This document shows, piece after piece, positions 30,941 through 43,896 of a stretch of DNA of 64,000 nt. The stretch is taken from positions 3,286,001 through 3,350,000 of the forward strand of contig OX337238.1 of assembly GCA_946965045.2 (NCBI GenBank), written 5' to 3'. The notes under the pieces are model-generated. The model saw nothing but the letters and a program-made list of their open reading frames with translations, was not told where the DNA came from and did not search any database. Both the position numbers and the translations under genes were made by a program. Source of the stretch: Epithemia pelagica (taxonomy: Eukaryota > Protista > Bacillariophyta). Position 1 is the first letter of the stretch. Each line of letters begins with the position of its first letter.

Positions 30941-31911
30941 GTTGAGGGAAAAATTGTGGGGATGATCGAATGTTGGTGATGGATTTTCGTTCAATCCAAT
31001 CCGATGCGGTTTGTATTCCTGTTGCGTGCGGTCTGCCAAGGTTTCGTCTCACTCGATTTAAAGGATAGGCAGCATTCGAGAGTTCTTCAGGCTATTGAGG
31101 AAAGGACCGGCAGGTTTGACAGGTGCGTTTGTGGAAACGCATCCCCGTTCGGATTGTTACACGGCGCACGATTCTTCTCGTACGAGAGGATGGCACAACC
31201 ATTCACGCGGCGCTCGGTCGTGTGCACGGGCCGAGACTGGATTGGCGGAGGAAAAAGAGGTGCATCGAAGTGACCTTCTTTGAAAACTGCGCTCCAAACG
31301 TTCCAGTCATTGCGCCTTGCCAACCTGGGACAGTCGAAACTGGAATGGACTGGGTGGTAGTTTGGAACTCTATCTGTCCTGTTCCCAGATGAATGACAGC
31401 CGAATTGGGATCAAGTCTTCAAATCAAGAGTGTGTTGTTGTGCTTGATCCGAGACGCAATGAGTTTCGGGAAGGAGATTTCAAAATGTGACAATCGCCAA
31501 CCCAGCGAACAGGTCGGCAGGCGCGCAGGACCAGTCCCATTGGTCGCGGATGTACTCTCCAATCGCGGGTTTAGGTTCCTCTTCCGAACCACAACCACAA
31601 GGCAACAACAATGAACCATTGCAACCGGACAAGGATGCTCTCTTGCAATGGACGTCGTACCAGTGGAACGACTCACGCCGCAGTCGATAATCGTAGTAGA
31701 TGGGAAACGACGGAACCTCTTTGTTGGATCTGGTACAAACGGAACGGAACCATGGAAATACTACATGAGTGAGCCGTTCCACCCATACGCATTTGATGGG
31801 CTGTGTCTCGATGGCCTTGTTGCTTCATTAGTCCATTTTCTGCGTCAAACAGTCAAGACTGACAAGCTCCAACAAGTGTCTGAACAAAAGTCAACGTATT
31901 TCTACCAATCA

Positions 31912-33105
31912 TTAGTCTTTTGTGTACATGAAAAGAGCCTGGTGTTTAAGTGACTGGATTTGTCGACCAGAGCAATCCAACAAGCGTTTGAACAACAAGG
32001 ACTCCTTGTCCGCCAATTCAAGCTGTTTGAAGACAAGTCTCTTACCAAGAGTACGGGTGTCGATATAAGACTCAAAACCAGTAACTCCCTTGGAAAGAGC
32101 AACCATGCGTACGATACCAGAATGCGAGGAATAGCAACGGTCCCACCGAAAGGTTGGTGTTGATCCGAATTTCCATGATTTATTTCGCTTCATATCCAGA
32201 ACCAAGTGTGTATCAACAAACAACAAACAGGATCCAACTCGGACCACCCCTTCAGAACTTTTGAGGTCCTGAAGATTCCGATCCCCGTGCACGGTCCACG
32301 ACATCCAGGTCGATAAAACAGCTCTAGATTTGACGCCGTGGCTTGCAGCATCCACATAATGTGGATCAAAATCTAGATATTCCACCGAACTTCCTTGAAC
32401 ACTCCGATGTCCATGCTTCCCCGCAACCACGTAGACACGATTCTGTACAACTTCCATCTCGAAGGAATGTCGTGGGTGATTGAGATTAGGTCCAGCAAAG
32501 GCAACAGATGAACTAGGGGAATGTGTATCAATGATTTCCACAGAACCAATGGGGGCTGAGTGAATGGTTCCACCCGCCACAACAATATACCGGTCGTGTA
32601 CTGAGACAGCGTTGGCGTGCACACGCGGTGTGGCAAGACAACAAGGAAACGCTTTCCATTTCTTGTTGTCAGTCGAGGTCCCTGAATGCAACAGATCCTG
32701 GATCGCGATCCTGTCGATCGTTTTTAACGGCTTGAAATCAGAATTGTATCCACCGATCACGTACACATGCTCACCAGCCACCACCGCTGTCAAGTGTGCT
32801 CTCGCTTTTAGCATAGATGGCCCTTCTCTCCAGCTTGTGTTTTCGGCATTCCAAAGATAAACCGAAGGTACGGTCTCATATGCGATCGAGCGTTTTTCGC
32901 GGCCTCCCAATACTACAATTGTTTCTTCTTGGGGCTTCTCGGGATGATGAACGACAACCGAGGAATGTCCATGTTTTCTATCATTCAACAAAGAAGGCCA
33001 TTCTTGTTCTTTTTCAACCCAGTGCGGATTTTGAAAACCGATCTCGTTGCCGTCGCTATTCAAGAAGACGAGTCCTGACAATCGCGCTTCTCTCTGCCAA
33101 ATCAT
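31912..33105 (-). CDS. Kelch-repeat protein
   Basis: Intact ORF; MIWQREARLSGLVFL start preferred over 33171; family C-terminal motif DKESLLFKRLLDCSGRQIQSL. Confidence 0.88.
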   Translation of the reverse strand: MIWQREARLSGLVFLNSDGNEIGFQNPHWVEKEQEWPSLLNDRKHGHSSVVVHHPEKPQEETIVVLGGREKRSIAYETVPSVYLWNAENTSWREGPSMLKARAHLTAVVAGEHVYVIGGYNSDFKPLKTIDRIAIQDLLHSGTSTDNKKWKAFPCCLATPRVHANAVSVHDRYIVVAGGTIHSAPIGSVEIIDTHSPSSSVAFAGPNLNHPRHSFEMEVVQNRVYVVAGKHGHRSVQGSSVEYLDFDPHYVDAASHGVKSRAVLSTWMSWTVHGDRNLQDLKSSEGVVRVGSCLLFVDTHLVLDMKRNKSWKFGSTPTFRWDRCYSSHSGIVRMVALSKGVTGFESYIDTRTLGKRLVFKQLELADKESLLFKRLLDCSGRQIQSLKHQALFMYTKD

Positions 33106-33404
33106 GTTTGGGGAAAAATTGTGGCGATCATCTGAAATGATGTTGATTGATTTGTGTCCAGTCCAATCCAATCCGTGTCATCTGGTTTTTCTGTTGTCCC
33201 ACTGCACGGTCTGGCACGACTCGAACGGTTTGAAGCTGGGTTTTTGGAAACGCGAAATTTCCACGGCGCACGATTCTTCTCGCAACAGATGCACAACCGT
33301 TCGCGCAGCACTTGGTCATGCGCACGGAGCGAACCAGTCAAAGGAGGTGCAGATGATTCCAAGAACGCTCCGTGGTTTGTGGCCGCGAGGAGAATGGCAA
33401 GAAC

Positions 33405-33991
33405 TTCAAGGCCGCTGAACACGACACAGGCGTTTCGCCGGACGACTCGCTCGCCGCATTTCATGCCTGTAGGAGACGGGAACAGCCGGAACCCTCTCCA
33501 TTCGTCGCAACAGTGAAAGCAACTCCCCCTCGAAAGAACGTCACGCCAGAGATTCCATGATCGTAGAAGTCAAGGTTATTGGCGTTCTTGAGTAGCGTTC
33601 CGACGCCGCATTTCATGCCAATAAACGATGGGAACAGATGGAACCCTCTCCATTCGTCGCAACAGTGAAAGCAATTCCCCCTCGAAAGAACGTCACGCCG
33701 GAGATTCCATGATCGTACAAGTCAACGAGACCGTGAGAAAGCACCACACACGGGCGTTCTTGAATATGGCGGCATCCTTCGACGCCATTCTCCCAACCGA
33801 ACCATGGCCATTCCTGTATCGGCCGTTCCCCTCCTATTTTTCTATAGTGGTCCAAGCGGGATTGCACAACAAGTCGTCGTTGGTTCCCCATTTCGATTGT
33901 CCTGGCGAATCATGTGGATCGAGAGGAGGATCCAGACATGATTTGTTCCATTGACAATCTTGTTTGGGAGTGTGTCGATTGGAGACGTGTG
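33405..33991. other. ~590-bp insertion in a Kelch upstream region, with an internal ~150-bp tandem duplication
   Basis: Absent from the paralogous site at 15301-15318 (gaact|cctctcgcatatc); two copies of ggaaccctctccattcgtcgcaacagtgaaagcaa.tccccctcgaaagaacgtcacgcc.gagattccatgatcgta. Confidence 0.7.
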
Positions 33992-35551
33992 TCCTCTCGC
34001 ATATCATCAAGTCGTTTTTCACCACAATCAAAATTTCACCACAATCAAAAAGTCGAAGCATGAGCATGGCATGACGTTGCAGGGGCCGTTCCGGAAGATG
34101 ATTCGTACTGGACGCGCTCCAGTATTTGGTTTGGTTGGGTGCCTATTCTTTCCCAACAGCGGAATGCGCCCGCATGGCAGAAACGGGAGCGGAGTGAGGC
34201 TGGTGGACCTTCACTCCCTCAGATGGTGTCGTCCTCGTATATTTGGGTTCCCCCCAACCAACATCACGACAGCCAAAGCACGACAGGCTCCAAAAGATTT
34301 ATTTGTTCCGTGCTCCAGCAGTGGTTTGGTTGGATGCGGGTCGTTGTTTCCCCGCAAAAAAGGGAAGAGGGACACACCAGAACCAGCCAGAAAATGAACT
34401 CGACATCATTTGCTCGCTCCAAGACGTTACCGCCTGTAGTGTTTGGTTTCTTCTTCTCCACGAAACCATTCTTGTTTCATCGCACCACCGCCATTGATTT
34501 GAGCCTCTACGTGGCTACTCCCAAGATTTCACCGCTCGTGCCTTGGTGCCACGAAGAAGAACAGTGCCGGTTCTAACGCCTGCAGTGCTGTTTGATTTCT
34601 GAGTTTCTCCAGGAACCGCAATCCGGCCTGTGACTGCTCCTTTTATTGTTCGTCGCACTGTCTCATTGCTGTGAGACTTTGTCACTCGATGCAAGCCAAC
34701 CAGAACGGATTCACGCCAAACGTGCCAGTTGTGTGTTCTAAACAGTGACGGTCGCAAAAACTCGATGGACTGGTGTGGTCGGTATTGTTTTTGCATGTCC
34801 TATTCCCAGCTGGATGTCAGCAGCCATGGGAGCAGCAGGGACGTCGTCTCACACTAGGAATGAGAGTTCTTTTCTTCTAGGTGGTTGTTGCTCCAGTGAC
34901 TACTCCACCTCCTGTGCCCTGTGCCACAGTATGGAGAAGAACTTTTGTTGTGTGTGTGTCCTGAGTGTTTTGGTTTCTTCTTGTCTGGAACGGAGGCATT
35001 CCTCCCAATCATGCTGTTATCTATTGCTTGCGAGGAACGCCACACGGAAAGGATTGTGGAACAGGAAGAGTCTTGTGTGTTCTCGAGGCGAGACTCCATG
35101 CCTCCTTGTGCGCAAACTCTGGGCTTGCTATGTTTCAAAATAATGTGGCACTCGCCAACCCAAAAATCATGGGTCGCCGGGCGCGCGGGACCAAGACAGG
35201 GGTTGGAGTATGCGGTCGCGGTTGTAGGTGTTTCTTCCGAATCGCACCAAACAGCGAGGTTCGGAATCGCTCATGGTACACAAACTTCACAGTCAGTGCA
35301 TGCCGATGGCAAACAATGAGAAGACTGGTGGTAAACAACGAGACGAGCGACGGTCCCCAAACGCGAAGAGTCACCATTCAACCCGAAGAGCCCAAGGTAT
35401 CTTCACACCAACGGTCCATTGGGCAATCGAACGCAAAAAATTGACGGTTTGGAATTGCCATTGAATTCATTGAGTGCCAACGTACCTCGTTGGTTGGCCG
35501 GCAAGTCTCCCTCCATCACCACATTATTTGTTGGAGCCATTTTCCTCTCTC

Positions 35552-36997
35552 ATGATCAACAACAACAACATGTCGTCGTCGTCGTCGTCTCCTCGAAGTC
35601 TCTTGAAAAAGAAACCCAAACAACCCTTCATGACCCAACCACAACAAGAAGCAGCACCAGAAGCACCAGTTAGCAAGAAGAAACTGGAGCGATTTCGCAA
35701 AACCTCCAAGTCGTCGAGCAGCAGCAGCAGCAGCAAGACCACCGCTCCATCCTCCTCCCCACCCCAACGCACCCATGTTCCGACTTCGACGGAATTGACG
35801 CACACGATCCAACAATTGGTGGCGCAGCATCCTTCCGCCACGACGTGGTCGTCGAGTCAAATTGCCGCCTTGCACACCACCTTGTTGCACCAGCATCCGA
35901 CTTGGATGGTTCCGGAACGTCGGACGACCAAATTTGTCAAGCGTGTGCAACAAACGTCGGGGGCGGGCGTCACAGTGAATGGAGGGACCACCGAGGATGC
36001 TTCCGTCACGAGCCGGAACAGTTTCTTGTCGTTTCGACGACGCCAGAGTCGCCGACAATCCAGTCCGGCATTGTTGCCAAACGACGACGATACGGCTTCG
36101 GTGCGGTCCTCGGCGTCCTTGCGGTCGCGACGATCCTTGCGTCGTCTGTTTTCGTCGCGCCGTACGAGTCTCCAACACACTAGCTCCTCCTCCTCGAAAC
36201 CAGCCGTGGCACCCATTCCCGAACAGCCACGGACCGAAACGACCCAACAAGTTCCTCCATCTCTCGCAGTAGTACCCCAAGAGAAGGAGGAAGAACCAAT
36301 CGTTGCCCAACAAGAAGAAGAACAAGAAGAACAAGAACGCAAGGACGACGACAAGACCCATGAGGCAACCGTCGTATTCGTGGAACCGACCGTCCCGGCG
36401 GAGGAGGAGCCATCACAAGCACCATCCCCGAAACCAGTAGTGAAGGAAGAAACCACCACTACCATGACCTTGCCATTGCTCTTGTCTCCGGAAACAACAG
36501 ACCACCCATCCGAGAATGACGACAAGGAGGAAGACAACGACACGTCCAACCAGGTTGTGATCTTGTTGCCTCCATCAACAACCACAACGCCCTGGATCCC
36601 CCACCCGACCACCACCCTGCTCTTGTTGCCTCCCCCACCACCTCCCAAAAACAAGACCAGCACCGACCCGCAAGACAAGACGGTACAAGACAATCATGAT
36701 GATACAACGGCCACGCATACCACGGAAGATGGAACCCACGATTCCACCACGGTCCACGAAGACTCGACCCACGAAGAAACGCCTCCAGACACGGTTGACA
36801 ACCACAACAAGATCTCGACGAATCGGTGCGTTCCAATGTACGTATCGTCCTCGTCCGACGTGTCGTCCTCGAGCAATGACGATAGCCACACGAGGATGAG
36901 GGTGGCCGATTGGTACCAGACGGCGACAGTGATTGTGACGGTGGCCGTTGTGACGGCCTGTTCCCTGGGATTGGCCGCTCGTCGAGGTGGCAAATAA
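35552..36997 (+). CDS. Hypothetical low-complexity protein with PTxxEL...HPTWxVPERRTxKFVKR domain and C-terminal TM anchor
   Basis: Long ORF; conserved segment shared with two neighbouring genes; hydrophobic tail TVIVTVAVVTACSLGLAA followed by RRGGK. Start codon uncertain. Confidence 0.7.
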   Translation: MINNNNMSSSSSSPRSLLKKKPKQPFMTQPQQEAAPEAPVSKKKLERFRKTSKSSSSSSSSKTTAPSSSPPQRTHVPTSTELTHTIQQLVAQHPSATTWSSSQIAALHTTLLHQHPTWMVPERRTTKFVKRVQQTSGAGVTVNGGTTEDASVTSRNSFLSFRRRQSRRQSSPALLPNDDDTASVRSSASLRSRRSLRRLFSSRRTSLQHTSSSSSKPAVAPIPEQPRTETTQQVPPSLAVVPQEKEEEPIVAQQEEEQEEQERKDDDKTHEATVVFVEPTVPAEEEPSQAPSPKPVVKEETTTTMTLPLLLSPETTDHPSENDDKEEDNDTSNQVVILLPPSTTTTPWIPHPTTTLLLLPPPPPPKNKTSTDPQDKTVQDNHDDTTATHTTEDGTHDSTTVHEDSTHEETPPDTVDNHNKISTNRCVPMYVSSSSDVSSSSNDDSHTRMRVADWYQTATVIVTVAVVTACSLGLAARRGGK

Positions 36998-37740
36998 ATA
37001 GAAGAAGCAAGAACACAAGAATCATCCCCACCAAACGCTACTACCATTCAGGAGATTGTGGTTGTGCGGCTGATGCAATAGAAAAAAAGAAAGCCAGACG
37101 ACAACACCACCAACAACAATAACGACTTGGCGTTTGGCAGAATCATCCCATTAGAGAGAGAACCACCAACCGAACCAGAACCACCACCAGATTTTGAAAA
37201 AGGGGGCAACATCCTATGCGATAAAAAAAGAAGCAGGCCCTGCTGCCCCCCCCCCCCACCCCCCACTTTATACGAATCCTCTACCCTCCATACAAAACAC
37301 ACTTCTGTTCCAAACGACCCGTACCGACCGAACATGAAAGAGAATCGGGACGTGTCATCCTGGACGATCCTTGGAACTTAAGCGCAAAAATCATACTAAA
37401 AACCTTGAGCACCCTATGCAATGCTATATATGGTAGTGGTGGAAACATCCAAGAGACGAGACGCCACAAATCCAACGGAAGGTAGGTCGAACTGTCTACT
37501 ACTCAACAAGATCCATCCGACCGTGGTTTTCCGGTTGGAGATGGACACTGGAATTCGTGTGACTGTTTGTCCAGTGTGCAAAAAGAGACACTCTTTTGTT
37601 CTGGGAATCCACGCAAGGAAGAAAACCTATGAAACGAACCACCACAAGAGTTCGCCGGGATGAATTTGCTCCCACGCGTGCGTGAAAAGGCTCACTATAA
37701 ATTTCCATGGTTCGGGGGCACTAACAATAGGCCTTTTTTA

Positions 37741-37842
37741 TGGAAACGACTTGGATTGGTGGACAAACACACTCTGCTATTCAAACGCATGTTGGAACTC
37801 TCCGATATGCAAATTCAGTCCCTTGTTCCTCGTCAGTTTTAA
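37741..37842 (+). pseudogene. Kelch 3'-end remnant
   Basis: WKRLGLVDKHTLLFKRMLELSDMQIQSLVPRQF; no upstream Kelch sequence is recognisable. Confidence 0.75.
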
Positions 37843-38156
37843 GAAATCCTACTGACGCACACAAGATAAAAACAATCTCTGTCCCGGTTCAAACGAGCAA
37901 GTAATATTTGAGGAGGCACTTGTTCTCTATAGCCAATGTCATGACAAATTGAAACAAAGCATTGTGATATGTTCCAATGTTCGTAGATTACCATCGAAAA
38001 TACCATTGTTGTTGTATACTCAATCACAAGGAACAAAGGGGCAAAACGCACTTCATGTGCTATCAATCGAAAACTGGTTCTCTAGAGTATGTAACTATCG
38101 ATAAAGAACAAAGTATGTTGATGCGTTGGCCCGACAATGTCGCCAGTATGGTTTTC

Positions 38157-41100
38157 TTACAAAATGATGCATCCTTGACACACTACCAATTCTTTGGGAC
38201 AGTGATCACTCTTGTCCAGTTCGCCGTTGTAGTGACCGCGTTGGTCCAAGACTGTATCAATTGCCGCATAGACATCAACTTCCGTGGGATCGGCCGCTAC
38301 TACTGCCACACTGCGATCGGTTGCAGCAACAGGCGGTTCATCGTTTGGCGTTTCCACACCCGTGTCGTGAAAGGAATCAAAGAGTTGAAGGCCGGCCTTG
38401 AGTTGCACGTTGGCAACCGGTGTCTCGGGATGACCGTTCTCGTCGCCCATGGTGACATCGTCCTGTGTTGTGTGCAATTCATCAAAGAGTTTGAGACCAC
38501 TGGCCAATTCTTCGTCGTGCTCCGTTTCTTCCGCAACGAGTTCCGTTTCTTGCGTTGCATCTTTTTGTGGAGCTGGTGCAGCCAAATCTTCCTCTTTTTC
38601 TTGTTCCTCTTCAGCGGCAGCAACAACGGCCGCCACCACTTCGCTGCTGACTCGGCGCCCCATGGTGGCCAGGGATTCCTGGTCCACACCTGTATCGTGA
38701 CTTTCCATTTCTTGCGCTTGCAATTCTTCAAAAAGACCCAAGCTACGTTCCAAGACAATGCCCGTTTCACTCTCATCCAGGGCCGCAGCTTGCCCGTCCG
38801 ATGACGGCTCCACAATTTCGGGTTCCGCAATAACAACTGGTTCGAGGTTGTCGTCTGCTTCGTCCTCTACAATCGACATGGTTGTTTCCACTATTTCTCC
38901 TTCTTCGTTTACGTCCCAATCGAGATCCTGCACATCGCTGTTGTTGTTTTTGTCGTTCTCTACGGCATCTGTTGACATGGGTTCTTCCTCCTGCATCGTC
39001 TCATCGACCTTTGGTTCGACAATGGTTTCATTGTGAGTCTCCTCCTCACTGACTGGCTGGACTTCGTCAATGACCATGGTCGGTTCCGCTGTCGATTCGT
39101 CCACAGGGACCGGTGATTCTCGTTCCAGAACTCCAACCACAAAACCAGTGCCTTCATCAACGGAAAGATCGGGAATTTCTTCCATGGATTCGTCCACGGC
39201 TGGAGCTGGAGTCGGATAGGCCAATGCCATGTCATCCACGGCTGGAGCTGGTGTCGGAGACGCCAACGCCATGTCAAGTTCCTGGAAAGTCGGCCGTTCC
39301 GGCTCCTTGTCGTCATTGTCGTCGTCCTCGTCGAGCGAAGTGGCCACTGAAGCCGAAGTGGCATCGTCTCCCATCAAATAGGGATGCTCGTCCTCTTCGT
39401 CGTCCTCCTCGAATTCTCCCGTTTCATTGTAAAACAATTCTTCGGCGTCGTCCTCGTCCGTGTCCAATCGAAGAATCGGGGACGTAGAGGCGGGTTGTTC
39501 GGCCCCATCCATGACTGCTGCCGTCGTCGTCGTGTTGGTTTCTTCCACTTTTGGAACGACTGGTTCGGGTTCCTCCTCGTCGACAACGACTGGTTCCGGT
39601 TCCTCATCGTCGACAACTGCTGGTTCCGGTTCCTCCTGTTCCACAACGACTGGTTCCGGTTCTGGGGCGGCCACGAATGGCTCGGTCACGACCGGCTCGA
39701 CAACCTCATTTTGATTGAGTTCCACGGGTTCGGGTTCCACCATGACGGCGTCTGCGGATTCCGAAACGACTGGAGTGACTGGTTCTTCTTCCTCCTTCAC
39801 CACAATGGGCTCGATCGGCTCCGAGGTCGCTGTCTCCATCACTGCAACTGGCTGTTCCTCCTCTTTGGTGGGTAACGTATCCTCCACCACATCAGTCACT
39901 GGTTCTTCCATCAAAGACACGGGTTCCTCCTCTACAAGAGTCTTGGCTTCGTCCGTCGTCGTTGGTTCCTCCATCACTGCAATAGGTTTCTCCTCTTCGG
40001 TGGTGGTTTCGACTGTTTCCTCCTCCTCCAACACCACTGGGGCGGACACAGGTTGTTCCACGGCAGTCGTCGTCGTCGTCGTCGTTGGTTCCTCGACGAC
40101 TGCAGCAGTAGTAGCAGGTGGATCGTGGAAGGTCTCCAATTCAGGCTCGTCCGTTGTTGTGTCTGCAGCAATAGCTGGTTCGGATTGTGCCGGTGGTTCT
40201 GCGACGTCAAGTGTGGTTTGTGGTTCGGATGGCACTGGTGCATCTTCTGTCGTGGTGGTTGTGGTGGTGGTGGGTTCTTGTTCTTCTTCGACTGCTCCTG
40301 CTTCGTCTTGTTGTTGTGATGGTTGCTTTTGAGGTGTGTCCACCACTACTACATTATTTGTCGTGGTATCCTCGGGAAAGAGGAGCAATCGTTCCGGTCG
40401 ATCGTCGGCATGATCCGACATGGGCGATGTCGGCAACAAACTTCCGGCCGGAGTGGAGTGCAAGAGAGCATCATTGCCGGGTTGCAAGGGTTCATTGCTA
40501 GTGTTGAGGTTGTTGTTGGATTTGCTTTTATTCTTGCGTCGCGAAAACAAGCGGCGGAGCGATCCCTTGGACGAGACGGATCCGGCATAATCGGGCGTGT
40601 CGTGGTTGTTCTTTTTGCCAAAGGGCGAAAAGCGCAAACTTCGTTTGCTGGCCGTACTGGCCCGGGATCGGGCCGACGCATAGGTCGACGACGATTGAAC
40701 CGAGGAATCGTCGGCCTCCGGCAGGGCCGTGGTATGCGGCGTGTGAAAATACGGACTGCTAGTATTGGCCGGATGGCGAGGCGACTGTTGCCGCTTGACA
40801 AATTTGAGGGTGCGACGTTCGGGAACATTCCACGTGACATGGTCTTGCATCAAGACGGCGTGGATTTGCTTGCCGGGGAGTTCCTATCGAAAAGTATAAG
40901 TATATGTAGATAGAGATTGAAGCGAGGATTGGAAAAGGTTGTATCGAAAGGACAGGGTCAAGGCAGAGAGAGAGAATAGGACAAACAAAGAAAGAAAGAG
41001 AGAGAAAGAGAGAGAAAGAGCCAAACAACAACAAAAAGCGCTTTCAGCGTGAGACGGACGACTCGTTCGATACTCTATCTAAAATGAAGCAAGCAAACAA

Positions 41101-41384
41101 ACAAAGCAAGCAAAACAAAGCAAGCAACGTACCGGTGATTGCGCCAAGACGGATTGAATGCCTTGATTCAATTCTTCGGTGGTGGGATTGTACGACCGAG
41201 GAGGAGGTGTCGTCGTAGTAGTGTTGTTGTTGTTGGTGATGGTAGTATCCTCCTTGGTGGCCGATTTGTTGGCCTCATTCTGCTTGTCCTTGCGCTTGTT
41301 GGGCGTCCAAGCGGCTCGCATCCTCATTCTGCTATTGGGTTTGGTGGATTCTCCGCTATTGTTGTTGCGACTCGCCGTTCTCAT
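38157..41384 (-). CDS. Hypothetical acidic (E/T/P-rich) protein, same N-terminal domain family; predicted exons 41384-41133 and 40883-38157
   Basis: Phase-0 intron 41132-40884 (GTACGT...TAG) joins YNPTTEELNQGIQSVLAQSP to ELPGKQIHAVLMQDHVTWNVPERRTLKFVKR. Confidence 0.75.
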
Positions 41385-42323
41385 ACTAGTCTGGACTTGC
41401 TTGTTCTTGTTGTGTGTGTCTGTTCGGGTCCGTCAATGAATGAATCTCGTTCTTGCGATTCGTCGTTTCAATAGAGCCTGAAGATGGACGATTGGACTTG
41501 TGTTGGCAAATTCAAGAGGAAACAGATTCTCGATCGTGGTCGTTCCAGAAGAGAGACACCAATCTCAAGCAATCTCAAGTATGTATGGAACTTGGAGGAA
41601 TCTCTGGAACGAGCGCGAAATGAAAGGTGCGTAACAAAAGGAGATTGAATGGATGGCCAAGTCAGTTCTGGTTTGGGGGCTGAGAATGCTTTTTGGCGGC
41701 AACAAGTCGTCGCCAATCGCAGCGTCGCCAAATAGTGGTGTGTTTGGCGCGCGCATGTGGAGAAGGCGTGCGAATCAGAATAAGCCGGCGTGCGTTCTTA
41801 CTTGCCTTAATTCCCGCGCGCCTTCCGAATGCCACGTGGGCATGCGTCACATATTATGTTTCGCGTTGGGCCGGATCGTTCATTGTCACAAAAACGAAAA
41901 AACGAACTCTCTCCCCCCAAATCCCCCCCCCCGGCGAATCTGGGTTCTCTAAAACAAGGCAGAAAGTCTGTGGATCGGTGGAAGCGAACCAAGGTGTCAG
42001 GACCGACCATATCGATCGCTGTTGTGTTGACGAGGAACAAGAGAAGCATGATCGATGATGATGCACCTGGATGCAACGAGAACCATTGTCACACTCTCTA
42101 CAATAGACTACTACTAGCTAGTAGAGAGGAGGAGGAGGAGGAGAAACGAAAGAATGAGAACCAACCACCAGCAGCAGATGGTTCGTATCGAGGCACAAGG
42201 CAAGGGTCGAACGATCCATTCCTTGTTCCCACAATCACAAACAAAAAACTTATAACGACAACATTCAACCCCTACAAACGGACCCTTTCTTGAACCAACG
42301 ACAACAACGATCACAACAAGAAC

Positions 42324-42383
42324 ATGATTTTTGGGATTGTGACACCCGACGATGACATTGTGTTGGACGAACCAACAACCAAG

Positions 42384-42415
<32 letters not shown>

Positions 42416-42938
42416 GACCGACCAGCCAACCACCACCAAGACAACCACAACTACGTTGCGACGCGAACCCAGTTTCTTTTTCGATGATTTAATGATTGCC
42501 GCCGAACAATCCTCGTGGTGGGGATTCGTGACACTGTTGGCCACCACGGGCGGCTTGGTGACCTTGCTCTGGTGGTGGTGCCTCGCGCACAATGGCACGC
42601 ATTCGACGCGAGAACATTTGGAACATGTCTCGACACGATTGGCCCAGGAATTTACCACGGGCCATTGGCATTGGCACGATGTGCCCACTCTCTTTACCAC
42701 TACTTTGCCCATGCCCAAGCGGCTCGAATCTCTGACGGGACAACATGTCTTGCACGAGTTGCATCCCCCGCAAACGGCCGCCTCGCGTCCCTTTGTGTTG
42801 CAACACTATGACGACATGGAAGAGGACCAACCAGAGGAACCAACAACGACAACAACCACTTCCTTTGCGAGCAATGCCTGGTCCTGGTTGTTGCAACGGA
42901 ATCCTCATGAGGAGGAAGAACAAGCCATGACCAACTAA
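42324..42938 (+). CDS. Hypothetical single-pass membrane protein
   Basis: 204-aa ATG ORF with one hydrophobic segment (WWGFVTLLATTGGLVTLLWWWCLA) and N/T-rich low complexity like its neighbours; no family recognised. Confidence 0.5.
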
Positions 42939-42944
42939 TCACAA

Positions 42945-42970
<26 letters not shown>
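42945..42970. repeat. (AG)13 microsatellite
   Basis: Direct reading. Confidence 0.95.
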
Positions 42971-42977
<7 letters not shown>

Positions 42978-43896
42978 CTACAATGATCGGTACGTTTCTC
43001 CTCCCGAGGCGTCTCTTGTTTGGAACCAACCGTTCGGACCCCTGTATACCTCTCCACACACAAAAGACAGACGGCGTGGAATGACGTTTCTCCACACATT
43101 TTCTTCTGCATACAGTACATTATACACATAGAGAGATTCATAGGAATTTTATAGCTGTTGTAATAACTTGTACGTTTCTTGTCTCCACCACTCGAGAGAG
43201 CCAGTGCTCCTACACGGCTAGGAAACGCAGGGACTACCAGCAGGAGGGGGGCCGGGAGGATGATTCCGACCGACGACTGTGGAGGGACCTTCTCCTCTCA
43301 CAACTCGCACCTTTTCATTCGTTTTGTGAGAGAACGAGATTGGAGATTGTAGAATCGTCTTTTCTCGCAACGGGAAACCGTTCACTTGCTGGACGCACGT
43401 TCTAGTCCAACCGAACGAACCAATGGCCAACGAAACTATAGGATATCATCTATCCAAATTTCTTCGGACCAGAAGGGCTGACTCTGGTCCATTTGGATGG
43501 GTTAAGAGAGAAGAACAAAAATTGACAAACACCGAACACGATCTGCTGTGGTGCTCACCGGGATCACTGCCTATGGTTGTTGTTCCGGCACGACGATTTC
43601 CTTGGCACCTTCACATGCTGGTGGAATAAGCCTACACGTTCGTTCCAAAACATTCAACTGGACTCGTTGCCTCGTTCGTTCGTCCGAGCACAGTTTTTTT
43701 TTCGTTTCGTTTCTTGTACTACCACTCTTCCTGGAGTCGTTCTACAGACCATTGAAGAAGAACAAATAATTCGTTCCTATACTAGTATAATTCCCCAGGG
43801 TTCAATTCAGTTACAAATATAAAATAGAGTAGAGAGACATGGACGACGGTTCCGAGTACCCGCATGACTTTGTTGTTGTTTCGAGACTCTCCATGA

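Noticed and set aside
39384-40913. Several long plus-strand ORFs antisense to the acidic protein (similar cases at 35516-36693 and 44180-45061)
   Set aside because: Low-complexity codon usage suppresses stops on the opposite strand; no independent evidence of coding.
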